This document shows, piece by piece, positions 58,626-64,000 of a stretch of 64,000 nucleotides of DNA (positions are counted from its first letter, which is position 1; the number at the start of each line of letters is the position of its first letter). The notes under the pieces were generated by a model. The model saw nothing but the letters and a program-made list of their open reading frames with translations. It had not been told where the DNA came from and searched no databases. Source of the stretch: a virus; the IMG/VR virus record IMGVR_UViG_3300020578_000011; one strand, given 5' to 3'. The translations under genes and the position numbers were made by a program.

Positions 58626-58935
58626 CAGATCTTACAACCCTTAATTTAGAATTGTTTAGAATCGGATCTAACTTTTCTCTATTTATTTTTTCTAATGGTT
58701 TTATTTTTTTTGAATTATTTTTCATCTCTGGAGATTTGCATAAATCATAAATAGCAGTTGGAGAATATCCTTTTGCCCTAAGTATCTCTGTGGTTGCAGT
58801 TGTATATAGTTTTTCGTATTTAATCTTCCAATCATCATCGCTTTTTATTTGACCATATAAAAAAGACACTCTGGCAACACATCCGATAATAATAAGTAAA
58901 CATGTCACACTGAAAATAAGAGATAATAAAACCAT
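58600..58935 (-). CDS. N-terminally anchored membrane protein
   Basis: Hydrophobic N-terminus; GGAGG SD. Confidence 0.7.
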   Translation of the reverse strand: MVLLSLIFSVTCLLIIIGCVARVSFLYGQIKSDDDWKIKYEKLYTTATTEILRAKGYSPTAIYDLCKSPEMKNNSKKIKPLEKINREKLDPILNNSKLRVVRSDDDSEKEE

Positions 58936-58985
58936 AAAACCTCCCTTATTTGAGATTATACTTTTTATATTTTATATAAGTTAAA

Positions 58986-59462
58986 TTATTTGTTTTTTAA
59001 TTTATTTTTCCAGTTTTTTAGTTTTTTCTCATCAACGTCGTGACGACCTCGATTTAAATTTTCTGGAACTGCTCTAACATTTGATGATTCATAGCCTTTT
59101 CCATTGTCTTTTCTATCTGGGCTAAGTTTTTGTCCAGTTTTACTTTCTGCATTTTTTATTTTATTAACTATTTCTTTTCTAGTTCCATTGCCCCTAGTCG
59201 TGCCCTTTGCAGTCGGATGGCCTCCAGCTTTGCCTTTTTGACGGCGTAGGGCATCATCTGCTTTTGTTTGCGCCCTTTGCCAATGTCCTGGCGTTTTCTT
59301 AGCCCTAGCTAACTTATCTAAACAAGCACGACATCTTCCAGATGGGTTTGAAGAATCCGCAGACTTGCCTCCACAACGAGGGCAGGATTTTGATAGAATT
59401 TGTAAAGCTAACAAATCTATTTTTGAAAAAGATTCTTCTTCAGATGTTTCTATATTGTTCAT
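58986..59462 (-). CDS. Zn-finger plus His-Me (HNH-like) nuclease-fold protein
   Basis: CPRC...CRAC; SPDRKDNGKGYESSNVRAV...N. Confidence 0.55.
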   Translation of the reverse strand: MNNIETSEEESFSKIDLLALQILSKSCPRCGGKSADSSNPSGRCRACLDKLARAKKTPGHWQRAQTKADDALRRQKGKAGGHPTAKGTTRGNGTRKEIVNKIKNAESKTGQKLSPDRKDNGKGYESSNVRAVPENLNRGRHDVDEKKLKNWKNKLKNK

Positions 59463-59502
59463 ATTGTGCCCCTATTAAATAATACCACACGCTATCGGTG
59501 TA

Positions 59503-60141
59503 TCATTTACTAGCAAGAACTATTTGGCATATATGCTCAAGTCTCTCTATATGCTCAAAAGCAGCCCACGGATTTGGGCCTACTGCAACAACGCCATGTC
59601 TATCTAGGCCGCATATATCAACAGTTGGGTTCTTGAACCAGTCAATGTCACCCCCGTCTGATTCGATTAATTGGCTCTGATTTGTCATGTAGGCATAAGT
59701 ATACTGAGCTAGTTCTTTTGATATGGCTGGTTTAAAAGGCACGTTCTCACCAACGATGGTGTATCTGTTTATTTCTGGGAATAAAGAAGCTATGTTTTTC
59801 AGGCTATAACCTGAATACATAGCTGCTATTATATAAGTGGGATGAAGATGCACAACAGCTCTGCATTCGTTAGAAGATCTCTGAAGAAGTTCGTGCATTT
59901 CTAATTCGCCACTTGGTTTGTCAGAGTCTGACACTGTTACGTGGTGTTTTTTTTGAGTTTCATCTATTTGCCATTTCATTTTAATAACAGATTCTGGCTG
60001 TATCGTCGGTTTTCTAACTCCAGACGGAGTTATATAAAGTACTTTTGAATTTTTACGATGCAAAGAAATATTACCATCTCTAGTTGAGATCCAACCTCGT
60101 TTATAAGCTTCTCTCATTACATCGCCAATTGCGGTTAGCAT
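59503..60141 (-). CDS. Class II aldolase/adducin family (FucA/AraD-like)
   Basis: DGNIS, ITPSG, PSGELEMH, HLHP, RHGVVAVG. Confidence 0.88.
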   Translation of the reverse strand: MLTAIGDVMREAYKRGWISTRDGNISLHRKNSKVLYITPSGVRKPTIQPESVIKMKWQIDETQKKHHVTVSDSDKPSGELEMHELLQRSSNECRAVVHLHPTYIIAAMYSGYSLKNIASLFPEINRYTIVGENVPFKPAISKELAQYTYAYMTNQSQLIESDGGDIDWFKNPTVDICGLDRHGVVAVGPNPWAAFEHIERLEHICQIVLASK

Positions 60142-60150
60142 AATCTTTCC

Positions 60151-61161
60151 TTATTTGCCGTGTGCATAATTTTCTTTTATAGAGCTATTGCTAATTAAAT
60201 TAAATATTGCTTTTTCTCTAAATTGTCTTAAATCAACAGCTCCGACATATGTCAGTGCGGATCTTATCCCACCATCGATATCTTTTATAATCTCTACAAC
60301 AGAGCCCTTATAGGGTGTTTTAAACAACTCTCCTTCTGCACAGCTCCAATCTTTGCCTTGATCAACATAAGATTCTTTAGAAGCAGATCCTCTGTATATT
60401 TTATATGCTTTTCCTTCGATGATGGAAATGTTTCCCGGTGTTTCTTTTGTTCCTGCGATCATTCCACCAAGCATCACCATGCGAGCGCCCGCAGCTAAGG
60501 CTTTTGCAACATCGCCAGAGGTTCTTATTCCACCATCTGCTATCATTGGTATATTTGTTTGATTACAACTAATTAATGCTGAAATTTGAGGGACACCGCA
60601 TCCAGTTTTAATTCTAGTTGTGCATGCAGAGCCAGGTCCAATTCCAACTTTTATAGCATCTGGTTTGTATCCAAGATGATTACAAAATTTCTCAACACTG
60701 TTTTTATTTCCAAAATTTCCAACAATTAAAAATACGTGTGGAAATTTTAATTTAACATATTTATAAAAATTAACAACCTGCATTTGAGCAGCGTGTGCAA
60801 CATCTATCGTTACTATTTCTGCTCCTACGTCTATTAAACTTTCTAATCTTTGTTTTTCTAAATCAGAAATACCAATAGATACCCATGGTGCTTTATTGGT
60901 ATGTTTTTTAACTTTTAAAAAGTTAATTACATTTTCTTCAATTGTACAAAAACGATGAAGACAACCCATGGCACCAGTGGATATAAGTGTCTCAGCCATC
61001 TCTGGTCCACATACTGTATCCATATTTGCTGCGACTATAGGTAATTGTAATTTTGTTTTTTCATCATTTAAACAAGATACTGTATTTACTTCTTTTCTAC
61101 TTGAAACAGTGGAAAAAGAAGGCTCGATCAACACGTCATCAAAGGTTATTAATTTATCCAT
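60151..61161 (-). CDS. GMP reductase/IMP dehydrogenase family (no CBS domain)
   Basis: [42 protein letters not shown]. Confidence 0.9.
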   Translation of the reverse strand: MDKLITFDDVLIEPSFSTVSSRKEVNTVSCLNDEKTKLQLPIVAANMDTVCGPEMAETLISTGAMGCLHRFCTIEENVINFLKVKKHTNKAPWVSIGISDLEKQRLESLIDVGAEIVTIDVAHAAQMQVVNFYKYVKLKFPHVFLIVGNFGNKNSVEKFCNHLGYKPDAIKVGIGPGSACTTRIKTGCGVPQISALISCNQTNIPMIADGGIRTSGDVAKALAAGARMVMLGGMIAGTKETPGNISIIEGKAYKIYRGSASKESYVDQGKDWSCAEGELFKTPYKGSVVEIIKDIDGGIRSALTYVGAVDLRQFREKAIFNLISNSSIKENYAHGK

Positions 61162-61173
61162 TTTGCCTTTCTA

Positions 61174-61443
61174 TTAATCGTATTCACCATATGAATATTG
61201 TGAATGTTTAAAGCCAATGTATTCGCTATCGCCCTTGTCTTTTGTACTTTTTCTATTTGGACAATTTTTTGGAAAATGCGTTTTCATGCATAATTTACAT
61301 CCCAGATCATTTGGGTTTTCTTTTTTTGAAAGCTTGGCATAGTGATCAACCATAAGCCAAGAAGTGTCTCCTATCTTATCTTGATCTTCTAAAAGTTTTC
61401 GAAGTTCATCTTTTTCTTTTTCTGTTAGTCTCGGTGTTGTCAT
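61174..61443 (-). CDS. Small Zn-knuckle protein
   Basis: CKLC...H....C. Confidence 0.6.
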   Translation of the reverse strand: MTTPRLTEKEKDELRKLLEDQDKIGDTSWLMVDHYAKLSKKENPNDLGCKLCMKTHFPKNCPNRKSTKDKGDSEYIGFKHSQYSYGEYD

Positions 61444-61643
61444 TGTGAGCATACCTGTTCTGATAATACTGGATATTCTTTCAATGTTTTAATACGATTT
61501 CCCTTTCTAGAAACAGCAGTAACTCCACACAAACCCTTACCGTCACATCCGCCAATAGAGTCGATATAATAAGTATCAGTACAACCATGCCTAAGCCCAA
61601 CGCATCCAGTTGTAAAAAAAAACAATATTAACAATGATCTCAT
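61440..61643 (-). CDS. Small Cys-rich lipoprotein
   Basis: Signal peptide MRSLLILFFFTTG-C. Confidence 0.6.
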   Translation of the reverse strand: MRSLLILFFFTTGCVGLRHGCTDTYYIDSIGGCDGKGLCGVTAVSRKGNRIKTLKEYPVLSEQVCSQ

Positions 61644-61652
61644 TTTAACCTC

Positions 61653-62666
61653 TTAAAAATCGTCATCTACGTAGTTAAAACCTAATCTACTATCGCTTTT
61701 ACGATGTGAAGATTCTTCTGCTTTTTTTCTTTGTTCTAATAATTCCTCTACTGCTTTTTCTAAAGGCATATCGTATAATTCATGACGAAGAACCGCTTCC
61801 TTTGAATATGCAGGAGTCATTTTTGTGCCTTTAAAGGCTTCTTTTTCTGAGTCGTTTAATTTTCTTTCTATGAATTTTTCAACAAGCCAAATAATCTCTT
61901 CGTCTTTCGGTCTTTCAACCTCTCTGACAATATCAAATCTACCTGGTCTGCTTGTTAGAGTCTTATTCAGACTGTCTAAGTAGTTTGTTGTGGCAACTAT
62001 CATTGTTGGAATCTTAAATAAATCAGAGTTGCCATCAAGAAAGTTTAACATAGAAGGATCGACTCTTTCTGCTCTTTGATCAAGTCCAGATCCTCCAATG
62101 TCTTCTATTACTAGTACAATAAAATCAACCTTTGAAGCATCTGAGGCCATAAACATATCTGTTATTGTCTCAAAACTAACTTCATCTGAGTCGATTCTTA
62201 ATATACATATTTTTTCAAGTTTGTTCATTTGTCTACAAAAAAAGTTTATCAAAGAGCTTTTTCCAACACCTGGCTCTGATCCAAAAAGAAAACCACGTTT
62301 TGGTGGAATATTTCTCTTACGATACGTATTTATATTTTTTCTAAAAACTTCAAAATGTTTCATTAATTCTTTTGAAGAATCAGTTTCGTAATAAGTAAAG
62401 TCTATTAAATCCATTTTAATTAGACCTTCTTGAGGAGTTATTCTCCATGCTCCAGGTGTTATTTCATACGATTGTTTTTTCTTTTTGCTTGAAATAACAT
62501 CCATGTCTAACAGATATGGTTCGCTTATCTGCGAAACTCTTCCACTTTCTTTTACTTCTTCAATTGTTTTATTTACAACTAATTGATAGTTGCCAAGTTC
62601 TATTTCAATGCCAGGTTTTAGACGAGTTATAGATCTAACTTTTGCTATTTTTTTATTTTCACTCAT
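61653..62666 (-). CDS. AAA+ ATPase
   Basis: GSEPGVGKS, IEDI, LNFLDG, ATTN, RPGRFD. Confidence 0.88.
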   Translation of the reverse strand: MSENKKIAKVRSITRLKPGIEIELGNYQLVVNKTIEEVKESGRVSQISEPYLLDMDVISSKKKKQSYEITPGAWRITPQEGLIKMDLIDFTYYETDSSKELMKHFEVFRKNINTYRKRNIPPKRGFLFGSEPGVGKSSLINFFCRQMNKLEKICILRIDSDEVSFETITDMFMASDASKVDFIVLVIEDIGGSGLDQRAERVDPSMLNFLDGNSDLFKIPTMIVATTNYLDSLNKTLTSRPGRFDIVREVERPKDEEIIWLVEKFIERKLNDSEKEAFKGTKMTPAYSKEAVLRHELYDMPLEKAVEELLEQRKKAEESSHRKSDSRLGFNYVDDDF

Positions 62667-62985
62667 TTTTTCTCCCTGTCTCTACTGTTGAATTCCTCAA
62701 CGGAGACTCCATGCAAGAAAATTCTTCCACAGAATCAGGATCACACATCGAGTTGTTGTAAAACAAGTAAGTGTATCTTTTAGAGTTTTTTATTAAACTA
62801 AGTTGATATGCTGCTGATATTTTTTCATTATCAAATTTAAACTCAAATATAGAAACTTTTTTAAGCGTAGATGCAATTGAGTTATCTACCATTTTTGAAT
62901 CGTTTTCTATTTGCTGCGCGGATCCGACAAAAAAAGTCAAAGACGAATCTCTCTCTAATTCGTCTTCTTCATTATTTAAGATCAT
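62659..62985 (-). CDS. Hypothetical protein
   Basis: Coupled ORF. Confidence 0.65.
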   Translation of the reverse strand: MILNNEEDELERDSSLTFFVGSAQQIENDSKMVDNSIASTLKKVSIFEFKFDNEKISAAYQLSLIKNSKRYTYLFYNNSMCDPDSVEEFSCMESPLRNSTVETGRKNE

Positions 62986-63361
62986 TTAACAACTCCGGAA
63001 AATCAGCGCAAGAAATTATGTTTTCTTTATAAAAAGGAAACTTGTCTATTGCTTTTTTATATGCTTTTTTGTAAAGCCAACAATGATATGGGATGATTAT
63101 TTTATTTAATAAAGATGCAATACGAACACCTATAAGAAAATCTATTTTTGTAAGCCATTTAGGATATCTATAATACATATAACCCGGATGAGTTATTGAA
63201 TGTATGTTGTAAAAACCCAAAGTACAGTAAACACGAACCGTTCCATATTTTTCTTTTGCTTGAAAAACATTAACTCGTCCGTATTTTTTTAAATATGTCG
63301 CTATCATATGTGCAGCTTCTTCTGCAATACGAGTATCTATATCTTCTTCTCTTAGGAACAT
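62972..63361 (-). CDS. Conserved phage protein (QxKEKFG family)
   Basis: QAKEKYGTVRVY. Confidence 0.7.
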   Translation of the reverse strand: MFLREEDIDTRIAEEAAHMIATYLKKYGRVNVFQAKEKYGTVRVYCTLGFYNIHSITHPGYMYYRYPKWLTKIDFLIGVRIASLLNKIIIPYHCWLYKKAYKKAIDKFPFYKENIISCADFPELLNDLK

Positions 63362-63362
63362 T

Positions 63363-64000
63363 TTATCCCCTGTTTTCTAATACTTTTACAAATCCCTTCC
63401 AAGTGTTTGTACTTACTGCTAAATTCAACCTAATTTGATTAGGAAATCCGCCGCATTTAGAACCGGGTGTTGATTTTATATTTAATTCGTTTAATTTGTA
63501 AAATATAGAATTGTCATCAGTCGACACCCAGGCAAACATACCTGGCGCTGCATCATATTGCCATTTATGTAATTTACACATTTCTAATAATTGTTTTTTT
63601 CTATATTTTAGAGTTTCTTCTATTTGTTTTAGAGCTTTTTCCCAATTTTTATTATCTAAAACATTAGACATTATTTCTTCTGTTTTTAATTGAGTATCAA
63701 AACCAAGTCCACCAGATTCATATTCCATATAATCGCATATTTCGTTATACAAATCTTCATCATCTACAAGTGCCCATCCAAAACGAACACCGCAATGTCC
63801 TGTCATTTTTGATAAACTAAAAATCATTGCTTTTTTAGGAGCTGTTGTTATTTGTTTTAATGCATTTTCATAAGTATCTTTTTCCATATACCATGGCCAT
63901 AAATATACAGCGTCATACCAATCGCTCGACCTTTCGCCCGTTTGAAGTTTTCCATCTGGATTATTAGGATATGTTATGAGTTTTGTGTAAAAATCGTTGT
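63363..64000 (-). CDS. PLP-dependent aminotransferase, alliinase/TAA1-like (5' truncated)
   Basis: Frame is open to the window edge: TYPNNPDG, DAVYLWPWY, FSLSKMTGHCGVRFGWALV, MFAW, RLNL. Confidence 0.85.
   Translation of the reverse strand, partial: NDFYTKLITYPNNPDGKLQTGERSSDWYDAVYLWPWYMEKDTYENALKQITTAPKKAMIFSLSKMTGHCGVRFGWALVDDEDLYNEICDYMEYESGGLGFDTQLKTEEIMSNVLDNKNWEKALKQIEETLKYRKKQLLEMCKLHKWQYDAAPGMFAWVSTDDNSIFYKLNELNIKSTPGSKCGGFPNQIRLNLAVSTNTWKGFVKVLENRG

Noticed and set aside
1-64000. Genome-wide stop-codon reassignment
   Set aside because: Very long genes are intact under code 11, and both TGA and TAG end genes at sensible positions. Only two isolated in-frame stops were found.
1-64000. 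tRNA, rRNA, integrase, tail sheath, tube or tape measure genes
   Set aside because: None was recognisable. Intergenic gaps are short and AT-rich, and tail genes presumably lie outside the window.

Overview
This window is a 64-kb segment of a large, AT-rich tailed dsDNA phage (Caudoviricetes) that uses the standard genetic code. The + strand (1-51326) carries three modules. (1) Replication/recombination: a T5 A1-like phosphoesterase, a DnaE polymerase fused to an N-terminal DEDDh exonuclease, SSB, UvsY-like, RecA/UvsX and SbcD-like genes. (2) Head: terminase with a LAGLIDADG intein in its Walker A motif, portal, prohead protease, scaffold, a Herelleviridae-like major capsid protein, an adaptor, and a cluster of probable internal head proteins. 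(3) Fibre/receptor-binding: Mtd-N, collagen, coiled-coil and beta-propeller repeat proteins. The - strand (51323-64000) carries nucleotide-metabolism and auxiliary genes: a DenV-like glycosylase, dCMP deaminase, a degenerate ThyX, a TS-family enzyme with the dCMP-type Asp, a class II aldolase, GuaC/IMPDH, an AAA ATPase and an alliinase/TAA1-like PLP enzyme. Best candidates for new biology: a head-cargo system (shared KNGQWSLxK peptide, multidomain polyproteins punctuated by capsid-type L-x-K/S cleavage sites, and a copy of the capsid N-arm inside the protease); a set of fragmentary sigma-like and Gre-like transcription factors with hairpin-embedded extended -10 promoters; a possible cytosine-modification pathway; and two ORFs interrupted by single in-frame stops. 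All family calls come from motif recognition by eye; no searches were run.
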